A stretch of 64,000 nucleotides of DNA from IMG/VR virus record IMGVR_UViG_3300020165_000009; one strand, 5' to 3'. Position numbers and translations under genes: made by a program. Positions 28,390 to 38,476 of this stretch are shown piece after piece (position 1 is the stretch's first letter; every line of letters begins with the position of its first letter). Under the pieces are notes generated by a model. It did no database searches, was not told the DNA's origin, and worked only from the letters and a program-made list of their open reading frames with translations. Origin of the DNA: a virus.

Positions 28390-28974
28390 ATGAGTGGAGT
28401 TGTACCAAGAGCAGGCCAAGTAAGTATATCGTGCATCAATTCGGTAAGAAGGTGCAAGACTAATCAGCAATCCCGTATTGTCGAAAATCCAAATACTTAC
28501 GCTACCGGTAGTCAAAACTTCTATAGAAATCGGGCTGCCATGCGCGGGTTTAATGGAGAAGATAACGGTCTGTATTTTTCTGAATTTAGAGGTGCTCAAG
28601 TACTGACAGCTTGTATTCGTACATTCCCTGAAAGTAACGGAGGTACATATGGTACCATCAATGATGGTCGGATTCAGGCGTGTATTAGACCTGATACTAT
28701 CAACACAGACGGTGGTAATAGGTATTATGGTTACCGGATCAACGGCTCTGGTCCGTTTCAAATATGTACAAACAATAATGTTAAAACGTGGACCGGTTTA
28801 GAGGGCGGTGGTACAGGAGCTGGAGGTACTGCAAGTGGTGGATTTAGAGACTATTGTGTCGAGCTGAAAGATAATACATTAGGTGCAAATATTAGACAAA
28901 CTGCTCGCGTTACTTATGCTGGTGGTCAGAATCTATACGGGTGCGTGCAGAATCAAGATAATCTTAGCGTCTAG
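28390..28974 (+). CDS. tail-fibre/adhesin-like protein, Cys- and Gly-rich
   Basis: TAAATA 5 nt upstream; N-terminal P..GQVSIS.IN...LYFSEFRG motif recalled from fibre-tip proteins; GGGTGAGGTASGG; 7 Cys. Confidence 0.5.
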   Translation: MSGVVPRAGQVSISCINSVRRCKTNQQSRIVENPNTYATGSQNFYRNRAAMRGFNGEDNGLYFSEFRGAQVLTACIRTFPESNGGTYGTINDGRIQACIRPDTINTDGGNRYYGYRINGSGPFQICTNNNVKTWTGLEGGGTGAGGTASGGFRDYCVELKDNTLGANIRQTARVTYAGGQNLYGCVQNQDNLSV

Positions 28975-29022
28975 TGAAGTGGCTTTATGTTGATGTTTTA
29001 AGCGACAGTACTAAATAACCGT

Positions 29023-29913
29023 ATGCACTTTGAATATGTATTACAGGAAGTAAGCAAGCGCTTTTTATATACTATAAATTACACGGATGATTCCGGAGAA
29101 CGGTTATACGCGCTAGTAACAACATCACCTGATATAGCTCCGGAGGAGGTGGTGTCTGAAGTACACAGCATTACAGAACTCAAGGAATTTGTCTTTTGGG
29201 ATTTGTTTAGGAAAAAAATATTACGCCTGCCTACTGCGGAAGGTGATATTAGTTTCACCTTCCATAATTTGCACCTATTACCTGGTGATGATGTCGCTGA
29301 GCTTCTAAACATCACGGATCAGCAGATCATAGATGAGCATAATAAAGAAATTATTAATATACACAATAAGCGACGTCAGGTCATTATAGATATACAAACT
29401 GAATTAAGTGCTGAGTATAATATGGTATTTACAGAAGAAGATACAATGTGCTATATAAATCTTATTAATACACACCGATTTGCGGAGTTCGAGCCAGGTA
29501 GGCATGCATACCTGATCAAGTTGTGTATGCTACTCAAAAGCACACCCTATAAGCTCCTAAGAGGGCCGATGGATATGCAGGATTTTGAGAGAGCAAAAGA
29601 TCAGTGGTTATTTGTAATTAAGAGTCATGTTGAAAAAGCTAAGGCTCAGCTCGATAATGAGGCTGCCTCACTAGACGGTAAAGCAGATACATATGAATAC
29701 GATTTAGAAGAGATTGAAATTATAAAAAACTTACTTGATGAGATTCCCGAGGAGTTTAGAGATGACCTAGATGAGTGCACAACATATAAAGACCTGCTCG
29801 AAGCATGGCCACCGCTATTACTACCAGCGCCACAGTTTATTATTGATCCAAAAACGGGAGTAAATGTTTTCGCAGCACTCGAAAAACAGATCGAATGGAA
29901 GCTTTATGATTGA
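29023..29913 (+). CDS. protein with C-terminal tail-fibre-assembly-chaperone-like domain
   Basis: C-terminal ...KNLLDEIP...TYKDLLEAWPPLLLPAP; paralogous to 34969. Confidence 0.45.
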   Translation: MHFEYVLQEVSKRFLYTINYTDDSGERLYALVTTSPDIAPEEVVSEVHSITELKEFVFWDLFRKKILRLPTAEGDISFTFHNLHLLPGDDVAELLNITDQQIIDEHNKEIINIHNKRRQVIIDIQTELSAEYNMVFTEEDTMCYINLINTHRFAEFEPGRHAYLIKLCMLLKSTPYKLLRGPMDMQDFERAKDQWLFVIKSHVEKAKAQLDNEAASLDGKADTYEYDLEEIEIIKNLLDEIPEEFRDDLDECTTYKDLLEAWPPLLLPAPQFIIDPKTGVNVFAALEKQIEWKLYD

Positions 29914-30778
29914 TCTATCTAAGAACATACACTATGATGAGATTTTTTTAGGTCAACTTCAAATATGTTTGAGTAGCCTTAATATTGGTAGTAATGGGCT
30001 GCTGAGGGATGATGGTGTTATAGATATTATATCTAGCTACTATAATATTGATAAGAAAAATTTATCGATAGGTTTTGGCTCTGGGGATGTATTGAAGAGG
30101 ATTATAGATTTACCAGAAGTAGATCACTTATATGTTGTTGAACCGACGTTTAGAGGTGCGATGGTATACGCTCGTAATAAAGGCATATCATACAGACCGT
30201 TACATTACACTACATTTAACGAAGTACAACTATCATCACTCCCCACCAATGGTATTATTTATATAGCAAACCCGAACGGTAATAACGGTCACAGTTTTAA
30301 AAGAGAAGACCTACTCGCGATCATTAAACGTAGTAAGTTAACTATCCTAGATGAAGCGTACATTGAGTTTGGTGGTGAGTCACTTATAACTAATGTAAGT
30401 GATAAGTTAATAGTATTGAGAACATTTAGTAAGAGTTTAGGTATGCCTGGTATTAGGTGCGGTTTTGCAGTATCATCAGAGTCAAATATTAATAAGCTAA
30501 GAAAACGTGATTTACTGTATAACTCTACAAGTTTAGCATATCATATCTTAAACGAAAAAATTGATCAGATACCGCTAATTGTTGATAGAATGAAGCAAGG
30601 TAAGGATTTTTTACAACAGAATTTTAATCATATAAAATCTGATGGTAATTATGTTTTATTGGATACTAAGTATGCCGATACATTTAGTAAATTTTGTAAA
30701 TTCTCCACGCGCGGCGATTACTTGAGGATAGCATTAACAAATAAAAGATTATTAAAGGAATGTCTACGGATGGGTTAA
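29906..30778 (+). CDS. class I/II PLP aminotransferase (HisC/CobD-like)
   Basis: GFGSGD, ANPNGNNG, LDEAYIEF, LRTFSKSLGMPGIRCG; start reassigned to MIDLSKN. Confidence 0.85.
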   Translation: MIDLSKNIHYDEIFLGQLQICLSSLNIGSNGLLRDDGVIDIISSYYNIDKKNLSIGFGSGDVLKRIIDLPEVDHLYVVEPTFRGAMVYARNKGISYRPLHYTTFNEVQLSSLPTNGIIYIANPNGNNGHSFKREDLLAIIKRSKLTILDEAYIEFGGESLITNVSDKLIVLRTFSKSLGMPGIRCGFAVSSESNINKLRKRDLLYNSTSLAYHILNEKIDQIPLIVDRMKQGKDFLQQNFNHIKSDGNYVLLDTKYADTFSKFCKFSTRGDYLRIALTNKRLLKECLRMG

Positions 30779-31617
30779 ATATATCTGATCATAGGGATGC
30801 TCAATCTAATATAGATAAAGCTAGTAATATATACTCTATGCTACGTGCTGTTGAGATTAACCCAACTGAGCTATGTAACCGGCGGTGCTCATTTTGCCCT
30901 AGACATGATTCTAAACTATATCCAAACACTAATAACCATATAAGTGTAGATACAGTTAAGAGTCTATGTAACAGCTTAAGAGATATTAATTTTAATAATA
31001 GAGTAGGGTTCGTTGGTTTTGGTGAGCCTTTATTACATGAAGATATATACGAATGTATCCGAGTCACTAGAGATATACTACCTGGTCTAAAGTGGCTAGA
31101 GATTAATACGAACGGCGATTTATTAGATAGAGAGACCTTAGAGAACCTTCATACAGCAGGTTGCTCTCACATTGCAGTAAGTATGTACGACGAGGATATA
31201 ACTGATAGACTAACAGCGATGAAGGAGGATATACCTATTAATTTCATATTCAGACATCACTACGATAAGAGTAATAATTATAATCTGAATATAGTTAATA
31301 GGTCAGAATTACTAAAAGGCGATGCCACAGCTTATTTCGATACACCGTGCCATATTCCATTTTATAAAGCCATGATTGATTGGAATGGCGATGTATTGTT
31401 ATGTAATAATGATTGGAAGAGAAGTAAAATATATGGCAATATAAACGAAGTAAGTTTTGATAAAATTTGGTTTGGTGATGAGTTGAATGCTCATAGAGAT
31501 AAGCTGATGTGTAGTAGATCGCATTGCGATCCATGTAAGAACTGCTCTGTTGGTGGATTATTAAGAGGAGCTGAATCAATAGAGGTGTATACCGAATATC
31601 ATGAAAGAGTGCATTAA
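30760..31617 (+). CDS. radical SAM protein with SPASM/twitch domain
   Basis: CNRRCSFC, GFGEPLL, NTNG; C..PF...DWNGDVLLC.ND...CKNC. Confidence 0.88.
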   Translation: MSTDGLNISDHRDAQSNIDKASNIYSMLRAVEINPTELCNRRCSFCPRHDSKLYPNTNNHISVDTVKSLCNSLRDINFNNRVGFVGFGEPLLHEDIYECIRVTRDILPGLKWLEINTNGDLLDRETLENLHTAGCSHIAVSMYDEDITDRLTAMKEDIPINFIFRHHYDKSNNYNLNIVNRSELLKGDATAYFDTPCHIPFYKAMIDWNGDVLLCNNDWKRSKIYGNINEVSFDKIWFGDELNAHRDKLMCSRSHCDPCKNCSVGGLLRGAESIEVYTEYHERVH

Positions 31618-32284
31618 TATTTTTATCGGGTTAGATGAAGCGCATCCCGAAGCATATGATGTATGTCGTGAAAGCATATTAAAAGGTAATAAGAAGTATG
31701 AGCTTAATATTAAACCTATTAATTATAATACTGTTTCAGACTATTACAGAGCTAGGAATGAAACAGAATCTACTCAATTCTCGTTCGCTCGTTTCTGGAC
31801 TCCATGGGAAAGCAACCGAACAGGGGTAAGTATATTTGTGGATAGCGATTTCGTCTTCTTGGAGTCCATAGATAATCTTATTGATCTATATGATGATCGA
31901 TATGCTGTAATGTGTTGTAAGCATAAAGATTACGAACCTAAAGGCGACGTTAAGATGGGAGGTAAATTACAATCTAAGTACCCGAGGAAGAATTGGAGTA
32001 GTTTAATTATTTTTAACAATTCATATCTAGCAAACGATGCATTATGTCCTATATTTTTAAATACATATACAGGTGCACACTTGCATAGATTCGAATGGCT
32101 TCAAGATAGTGAAATTGGCTCAATACCTGTGGAGTGGAACTGGCTAGTTGATTACTATACGGAGACAGAGAGCTTCAAACCCAAAGCCCTCCATTATACT
32201 GATGGTGGTCCGTGGTTGAACCAACATAAGAACTGCTCCTATAATAAGATTTGGAAAGCAATACATAATGAGATATCTAGATAA
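31601..32284 (+). CDS. GT8-like glycosyltransferase
   Basis: STQFSFARF..P, FVDSDF, YPRKNWSS, EWNWLV, HYTDGGPW. Confidence 0.75.
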   Translation: MKECINIFIGLDEAHPEAYDVCRESILKGNKKYELNIKPINYNTVSDYYRARNETESTQFSFARFWTPWESNRTGVSIFVDSDFVFLESIDNLIDLYDDRYAVMCCKHKDYEPKGDVKMGGKLQSKYPRKNWSSLIIFNNSYLANDALCPIFLNTYTGAHLHRFEWLQDSEIGSIPVEWNWLVDYYTETESFKPKALHYTDGGPWLNQHKNCSYNKIWKAIHNEISR

Positions 32285-33212
32285 TTTTTTAAATAACCAT
32301 GATAGAGAAGTAGATGAGGGTGCATTTAAACCCCACACTCTTAATGAGAAATTTGGTAAGATGGTTAATATGCAGACTATTTTTAATTGTAACCTGAATT
32401 GCTGTTTTTGTAGAGGATCTATACCTAATATAAAGGAATTATCAAGGGTAAAGACAATGACGCAAACTAATTTCGAGATATTTGTTAATAAATTTGCTGA
32501 TTATGGTATAAAGTATATTGAGTTAACACCGGCGATTGGTGAGCCTTTTTTAGATAAGGAGTTTGATAAAAAGCTAAAATATTTAGAATCAAAAAAAGAG
32601 ATTGATCATTATCTCGTAACGACTAACTTAACAATACTTCAGCCTAAGCATTTCGAATTACTTAAGAACTTAAAAAAACTTATTTTAACGGTATCATTAT
32701 ACGGGTACGATAGCGAGTCTTTTAGCGCAAATACCAATAAAGATAACTTTAAGGTGTTTGAAGAAAAATTTAATACCTTATTTGATACCCTAAATGAAGG
32801 TGTTGATTTTTTAGTTGAAATAAACATAAGATGTGGTCGACACTTAACTGAATTTCCTAAGAACGATCTCTATATTAAGCTTTTACGACTTAATAAGTTA
32901 AAGAACGTTAAAATAAATCAAGAGGATATATACAACCATAATAGAGGAGATAATTTAAAGGATTTCGAAACGGAAAAGAGGCCTAGGTCAGGTATTTGCC
33001 CCTTCGGACCAGGTGTAGGTGGAGGTGTTTTACCTAATGGTGATTTTCTATTCTGCCCGTTTAATGATCTTAATAATACCGGTGTTGTTGGTAATCTTTT
33101 TAAACAGTCCTTAGAGGAAATATATAATAGTGACGGTTGGAAGAGAGTTGTTACTGAGCATAAGCAAGATAAATATACAGGTATATGCGAGAATTGTACA
33201 GAGACCTGGTAG
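32268..33212 (+). CDS. radical SAM protein with SPASM/twitch domain
   Basis: CNLNCCFC, IGEPFLD, TTN; C....NGDFLFC...GNL....LEEI...CENC. Confidence 0.85.
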   Translation: MRYLDNFLNNHDREVDEGAFKPHTLNEKFGKMVNMQTIFNCNLNCCFCRGSIPNIKELSRVKTMTQTNFEIFVNKFADYGIKYIELTPAIGEPFLDKEFDKKLKYLESKKEIDHYLVTTNLTILQPKHFELLKNLKKLILTVSLYGYDSESFSANTNKDNFKVFEEKFNTLFDTLNEGVDFLVEINIRCGRHLTEFPKNDLYIKLLRLNKLKNVKINQEDIYNHNRGDNLKDFETEKRPRSGICPFGPGVGGGVLPNGDFLFCPFNDLNNTGVVGNLFKQSLEEIYNSDGWKRVVTEHKQDKYTGICENCTETW

Positions 33213-33994
33213 GTAAAGATGTAATTACCTTTACATCAGATAAAAACTACATACCGTTCGCAAAAATATTAGTCAATTCAATTCAAAAAAATTCTCCAAA
33301 CGTAGAAATTGTTGGGAGATTTGTCAATTGCGAAGACGAAGATCTAGCTTGTTTTGATAGCATTAGTATTATTTCAGATAAAACAGAACTATCCACGGTA
33401 CGTAATTTAAAAACAAAAGAGGGTCTGTACGCGGTAGATAAAGAGGATCTTGTTCTTAAAAATAAAACTACGATTAAACCGCTGAGATTGTTCTATAGCG
33501 AGCTTATAGCTTATTGCTCAAATATAAAATTTGATACCTTGAAGAGGCTGCTTAAACTTCAGGTAGGGAGTGTAATTTATCTTGACGTTGACTCAATAGT
33601 AAGAGGCGAAGTATATAGACTATTTGCTGATTTAAGTAAACATGACTTTTGCTTTTTCAAAGATAAGCCATATAGCGAGCAATTAGATACTAAAAGACTT
33701 ATTGATGAGGATTTTTTGTATCACGGTGGATTAATAGGTGTCCATAATAATAAAGATACACGAGATATAATTAAATGGGCTTGTAGTGTTGTTAATGCAG
33801 AAATTTTTGACTGGGATGTGGATGAGAGAATAATTACTGAGTTCTTAGAGTTATCTAAAAGTATAAAGAATATAGATAAAAAATATAAAGACGAGGATTT
33901 AGAGAGTGGTTCTATAATTTGGTCTGGTTCCGGGAATACAAAATTTACGCACGACAGATATATAGAAGAATGTAAAAAGTATGGTGATCTATAA
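33185..33994 (+). CDS. GT-A fold nucleotide-diphospho-sugar transferase
   Basis: TSDKNY, YLDVDSIVR, YKD...IWSG.G..KF; paralogue of 9585 and 40364. Confidence 0.65.
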   Translation: MRELYRDLVGKDVITFTSDKNYIPFAKILVNSIQKNSPNVEIVGRFVNCEDEDLACFDSISIISDKTELSTVRNLKTKEGLYAVDKEDLVLKNKTTIKPLRLFYSELIAYCSNIKFDTLKRLLKLQVGSVIYLDVDSIVRGEVYRLFADLSKHDFCFFKDKPYSEQLDTKRLIDEDFLYHGGLIGVHNNKDTRDIIKWACSVVNAEIFDWDVDERIITEFLELSKSIKNIDKKYKDEDLESGSIIWSGSGNTKFTHDRYIEECKKYGDL

Positions 33995-34976
33995 TAAACA
34001 TAGCTATCTCCCGAAATATTATGAAACATTACCGGACGATGAGGTATCTACTTTTTTAAAGTTTCATCATTGTCATTTAAATTTTTTAAAAACCAGGAAT
34101 TATATTAAAGGTTTAAATTTACATGAACTCACTCTAGATAGTTTAGTAGACTATCTTTATTCTGAGTTATATAAAGAAAAATTTAAAAAGAGTGATATTG
34201 TAAGGAACGGTTATCGTATAAATTGCAAGCAATACACGAAACTAAAAAAGAATAACTTCAAAATAGAGTATAGCTCTGTGCCGCGTTTTGATTATGGTAC
34301 CGGAGCGTTTAAAGTGAAGGTAGGTGATATTAAGACAGCAGTATTAGACCCGAACATTGTTAATATTGGTAAGCGAACACTTGTTATATATTTCCGTGGG
34401 CCGTGGAGAGATTTGGAAAATACAGCTAGTATGGATATATTTCATACTATTTTAATTTATAAAATTATTGAAAAATACATAGATAATAATAATTTTAAAT
34501 ATTTTAATAATATTTTAATCGTCAGAGCAGCGCCACTGCATGAAAGATTTGAAATATTTGATGATTTAAAACTTAATCATAGTTTTGAAACAGGGAATAA
34601 TTTTATTACTCAGACTTGCTTATATTCTAATACACTACATTTTAATGGCGGTGCTTTACCGGATTTAAATTCATATACTATACCTATAATATCAAAACAG
34701 TTTATTCATTTTAATAATTCTAATATTAAAGGCGTGGATCGCGATCTTGTTTTAGACGCGATATATCCTGAAATACAGTATAAGGGCAACATAAAAAATT
34801 ACAGCGAAGATCCAGAACTTTATTACGGTGGTAAAGCTTCTTGCTGGCGCGATGTTTGTTCAAATAATACAAATCTAAAAATTATTGAAAACTGCGCGGC
34901 ATCAAATATATTAAACCTGGTCACCAATGTTATAGGCAATATATACAAGCTAGAAAATAAGATAGATAATGAATGA
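33981..34976 (+). CDS. hypothetical protein (very AT-rich)
   Basis: 331 aa ORF overlapping both neighbours; no recognised motif. Confidence 0.6.
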   Translation: MVIYNKHSYLPKYYETLPDDEVSTFLKFHHCHLNFLKTRNYIKGLNLHELTLDSLVDYLYSELYKEKFKKSDIVRNGYRINCKQYTKLKKNNFKIEYSSVPRFDYGTGAFKVKVGDIKTAVLDPNIVNIGKRTLVIYFRGPWRDLENTASMDIFHTILIYKIIEKYIDNNNFKYFNNILIVRAAPLHERFEIFDDLKLNHSFETGNNFITQTCLYSNTLHFNGGALPDLNSYTIPIISKQFIHFNNSNIKGVDRDLVLDAIYPEIQYKGNIKNYSEDPELYYGGKASCWRDVCSNNTNLKIIENCAASNILNLVTNVIGNIYKLENKIDNE

Positions 34977-35346
34977 ATTACTTAAAATTTTTAAAGTTGA
35001 GTCAGAAGAAGAGCTTATGAATATGAATATAAGTGTCGCTACTCGTATATGGTTTGAATTTATACTGACCTATAAGGAAAGAATATTACAAGAAATGGAC
35101 AGAGATCTTGCTGATACTCTAGATATACCTGTACCTGGCTATGAATATCAAGGCTCAGAATATAAAGGTGATAGAGATAGACTAAGGAAGGAGTTACTAT
35201 TTACTAAAAATCTTATTGAGAAAACAACACCCTATGAAGAAGAAAGGCAATTTCAAAGCATCAAAGATGTCTTAACGTATTGGCCGACACTTTTTTTACC
35301 GTACCCTAGCTTTGTCGAAAAATACTATCAACAGCGGATCGATTAG
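34969..35346 (+). CDS. tail-chaperone-like paralogue of the 29023 C-terminus
   Basis: KNLIE...SIKDVLTYWPTLFLPYP. Confidence 0.45.
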   Translation: MNELLKIFKVESEEELMNMNISVATRIWFEFILTYKERILQEMDRDLADTLDIPVPGYEYQGSEYKGDRDRLRKELLFTKNLIEKTTPYEEERQFQSIKDVLTYWPTLFLPYPSFVEKYYQQRID

Positions 35347-35719
35347 CTATATATAAGTGCCTCAATAGAGGGATATCAGTAGTTGTAATATCAATTACAT
35401 CTTTTTTCTCTAGTTTAGGAATAGGTAATTGTCTATCTATTTTTTCTTTTAAAATACTATACGCGCCTCCAGGCACTATCATGAGCTCATGAAGACATGA
35501 GTGACTCGGATTACTCATAAATTTCTTATCCATAACAAGATACATTACTATAATATATTCATATACTACTTTCTTAAAATCACTATTGTTAGTTTCTTGG
35601 ATCAGATAATTTAGAGCCATAAAGATATCTGTTGCCGATTTAATACCTTCTCTATTAATTGGCGTAAATTTAAGTATGTTTAATATACTACAAACTCTTT
35701 TATTAATATCGTCGTACAC
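35306..35719 (-). CDS. hypothetical protein
   Basis: 137 aa; GTG start with TAAATA 5 nt upstream. Confidence 0.5.
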   Translation of the reverse strand: MYDDINKRVCSILNILKFTPINREGIKSATDIFMALNYLIQETNNSDFKKVVYEYIIVMYLVMDKKFMSNPSHSCLHELMIVPGGAYSILKEKIDRQLPIPKLEKKDVIDITTTDIPLLRHLYIANRSAVDSIFRQS

Positions 35720-35769
35720 ATTGATATTTACAATTGCATTTATGAGAATATATACTAAAATATTTAATA

Positions 35770-36312
35770 ATGAAAGTTTGTAGAGAGTTTCTTACTAAAG
35801 AGAAAAAGGATGCACTCTCTGTATTTTTAGAAAACTCTTCGTACTGGGAGAGTTTTAGTGACAGTAAACATACAGAAAGAGACGCCTTTAACTTTACATT
35901 AAAGGCAGACGAACTACCTGATTTCCTCTCAGAATTTAAAACACCAAAGCATAACCTATATCACTTCGTCGCTATAAGAACATATAAAAGTGGTAGTATT
36001 GAAGAGCACGCCGACTTCGCTCTAGGAGAAGTACTAATACACAAACAACCCGGGATGCTTATTAGCAAGCCAGAGACGGTTGTCTATTATGAAACTATTG
36101 ATCCTAATATGGAGGGGGGTGAATTAGTGATTGACCAGAATACGTTCAAGCCAATAGAAAACGCTGCAGTAATAATATCACCGAATACGCCTCACGCAGT
36201 TACAGCGATTGAAGAAACAGATAAACCGAGGGTTGTTTTAGTGTGTGAGCGATATAGAGTATTATCAAAGTATCTTAAGGATATTAAGACCCCAGAATAT
36301 AAAAAAGGTTAA
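35770..36312 (+). CDS. 2OG-Fe(II) oxygenase
   Basis: HAD...GGEL...HAVT...R: facial triad and 2OG-binding Arg. Confidence 0.75.
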   Translation: MKVCREFLTKEKKDALSVFLENSSYWESFSDSKHTERDAFNFTLKADELPDFLSEFKTPKHNLYHFVAIRTYKSGSIEEHADFALGEVLIHKQPGMLISKPETVVYYETIDPNMEGGELVIDQNTFKPIENAAVIISPNTPHAVTAIEETDKPRVVLVCERYRVLSKYLKDIKTPEYKKG

Positions 36313-36313
36313 T

Positions 36314-37273
36314 ATGAACATAGCAATCGTAGGAGGCGCTGGCTTTATCGGCAGACACACCGCTCGTGAACTTATATCGCACGGGCATACCGTATCAATA
36401 TTTGATAATAACTTAGCTAACTGTCATGACTTCTTTAGTGAGGCAGAAATTCTGAGTTTACAGTTTGTGTATTGTGAGGCTCAGGATTATCGTATGCTTA
36501 AGAGTATGTTATCATACGGTGACGGGTTTAGCGCCGTATATATGCTTGCAGCTATATCAGATAGTAAGGAAAATCTAGCTGATATACCTCATGCAGTTAG
36601 TACTAACATTATGTGCCTCGCAAATACGTTAGAAGCCGCAAATAGTCTAAAGATACCGCGAATTATATTTTCATCTACTGTGTGGGTGTACAGTATATCA
36701 CCAGATACTCAAGTGAATGAGGAGTCTCCTCTACATATGAACAGCTCTGACCATGTTTATACAACATGTAAGGTAGCGTGTGAGGCTCTAGTGCGTAATT
36801 TTTGTGCTGTTAAGGACATAGATTACACTATATTACGGTATGGTATTGCATACGGCCCTGGTTGTCACCCAGATACCGTTATGTCTCGGTTTATAACCAA
36901 CGCAATTACCAGTGTTCCGCTCACTATAACCGGGGATGGGAACATTTACAGGAACTTCTTGAACGTAAATGATCACGCTAAGGGGAACTGCCTAGCTTTA
37001 TGTGATGAAGCAAAAAATGAGACTATCAATCTTGAAGGTCCTGAAAAAATAACACTCACTGAAGTCGCAGAAAGGGTCAAAGAGCTGCATTCAGGTGATA
37101 CTATTATTGAATTTACAGGGAAACGGCATGGTGACTATATAGGCAAGGTAGTTGATAATAAGAAAGCTGCAGCTATACTAGGCTGGAAACCTACAATTGA
37201 TTTTAAAACAGGTTCTAAAACACTTTATGAGTACATCAAAAAAGATATTAATAATAGCGCCGCATGCGGATGA
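36314..37273 (+). CDS. NAD-dependent nucleotide-sugar epimerase/dehydratase (extended SDR)
   Basis: GGAGFIG, SSTVWVY, YTTCK, LRYG..YGP; start reassigned to MNIAIVGG. Confidence 0.88.
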   Translation: MNIAIVGGAGFIGRHTARELISHGHTVSIFDNNLANCHDFFSEAEILSLQFVYCEAQDYRMLKSMLSYGDGFSAVYMLAAISDSKENLADIPHAVSTNIMCLANTLEAANSLKIPRIIFSSTVWVYSISPDTQVNEESPLHMNSSDHVYTTCKVACEALVRNFCAVKDIDYTILRYGIAYGPGCHPDTVMSRFITNAITSVPLTITGDGNIYRNFLNVNDHAKGNCLALCDEAKNETINLEGPEKITLTEVAERVKELHSGDTIIEFTGKRHGDYIGKVVDNKKAAAILGWKPTIDFKTGSKTLYEYIKKDINNSAACG

Positions 37274-37859
37274 TGAGGTATTAGGTGTCGGTGGCACTAC
37301 ACAAAAGCTTATCAGAGAAGGTCATGATGTATATCTTATTATATGTTGTACACGCGAAAAAGACATTGAAGAATATAAAGAATGTACTACACACTTTAAG
37401 CAAACATTTCGCTTACCTTTTGAAGACGAGTCTCTAGAGGCACAAGTAACTCCTCTACTAAAGAGTATCGAGGAGGTATATACGGTTATAAAGCCAGATT
37501 GGACTTTTATACCTCGTGAGAATGACCTTAATCTAGATCATAGAGCGGTACATAGAGCGTGTGAAGTAGTTCTTAGACGGTATCAAGAACATGCGCCAGT
37601 TAAGATTTTCGAGTACGAAATACCTTCTTCAACTACTCAGTCCTTTGATAATAATTTTAAAGGTAATGTGTATATACCGCTGACCCGCAATGACATTCTC
37701 ACTAAGATAGATTTACTCACATCATATATACATGAAGTGAGAGTGTACCCTAATCCTAGAAGTAGCGAGGGCCTTCTCACTTACGCTAAATTTAGAGGTA
37801 TGGAGTGTGATGCTGAATATGCTGAATACTTTAACTTAATATACTCAAAAGACTTATGA
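37227..37859 (+). CDS. PIG-L/LmbE-family N-deacetylase
   Basis: IAPHADDEVLG.GG, DH, EYE; start reassigned to MSTSKK. Confidence 0.85.
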   Translation: MSTSKKILIIAPHADDEVLGVGGTTQKLIREGHDVYLIICCTREKDIEEYKECTTHFKQTFRLPFEDESLEAQVTPLLKSIEEVYTVIKPDWTFIPRENDLNLDHRAVHRACEVVLRRYQEHAPVKIFEYEIPSSTTQSFDNNFKGNVYIPLTRNDILTKIDLLTSYIHEVRVYPNPRSSEGLLTYAKFRGMECDAEYAEYFNLIYSKDL

Positions 37860-38476
37860 ATACACCATGGGATAATGTCTCAAAATTTGAAGAATTAATA
37901 GCAGACTACGCAGGTAGTAAATATGCTGTTGCGGTTGATAGTTGCACAAACGCTATCTTTCTCTCTCTTAAGTATGCTAAGGATGTATTGAGGGAAGATG
38001 TAGATTATATTGAGGTGCCTAAGAAGACTTATATATCAGTACCCATGCAAGTAATGCATGCAGGATATAGAGTAAAGTTCACAACAGCTGAATGGATAGG
38101 TGCATATAAATTAAGCCCTCTATCTGTATATGATTCCGCTCAGAGATTCACAAAGGGTATGTATATACCGGGGTCTTTATATTGTTTATCTTTTAACCAT
38201 AAAAAAACCCTATCAACAGGTAAGGGTGGTATGATTTTAACAGATGATATCGATGCAAAAAAATGGTTGGATATAATGAAGTATGATGGTCGTACATCTA
38301 TATTTTATAATGAAAATACTGATATTGATCAACTAGGTTATCATATGTATATGGCCCCGGAACAAGCTGTTATTGGTATACAAAACTTCTACGGATTACC
38401 GGACAGGAACCCTGATAAAATGGGGTATAGAGATTATAATCTCGATCTCTCTACATTAAAAGCATTCCATGAATAA
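37856..38476 (+). CDS. short DegT/DnrJ/EryC1/StrS sugar aminotransferase
   Basis: FEE..A.Y.G.KYAVAVDSCTNA, YDSAQ, SFNHKK.LSTGKGGM. Confidence 0.8.
   Translation: MNTPWDNVSKFEELIADYAGSKYAVAVDSCTNAIFLSLKYAKDVLREDVDYIEVPKKTYISVPMQVMHAGYRVKFTTAEWIGAYKLSPLSVYDSAQRFTKGMYIPGSLYCLSFNHKKTLSTGKGGMILTDDIDAKKWLDIMKYDGRTSIFYNENTDIDQLGYHMYMAPEQAVIGIQNFYGLPDRNPDKMGYRDYNLDLSTLKAFHE

Noticed and set aside
27000-28761. Minus-strand ORFs 27000..27371, 27115..27381 and 28348..28761
   Set aside because: Antisense to plus-strand genes that have correctly spaced TAAATA boxes and recognisable modules
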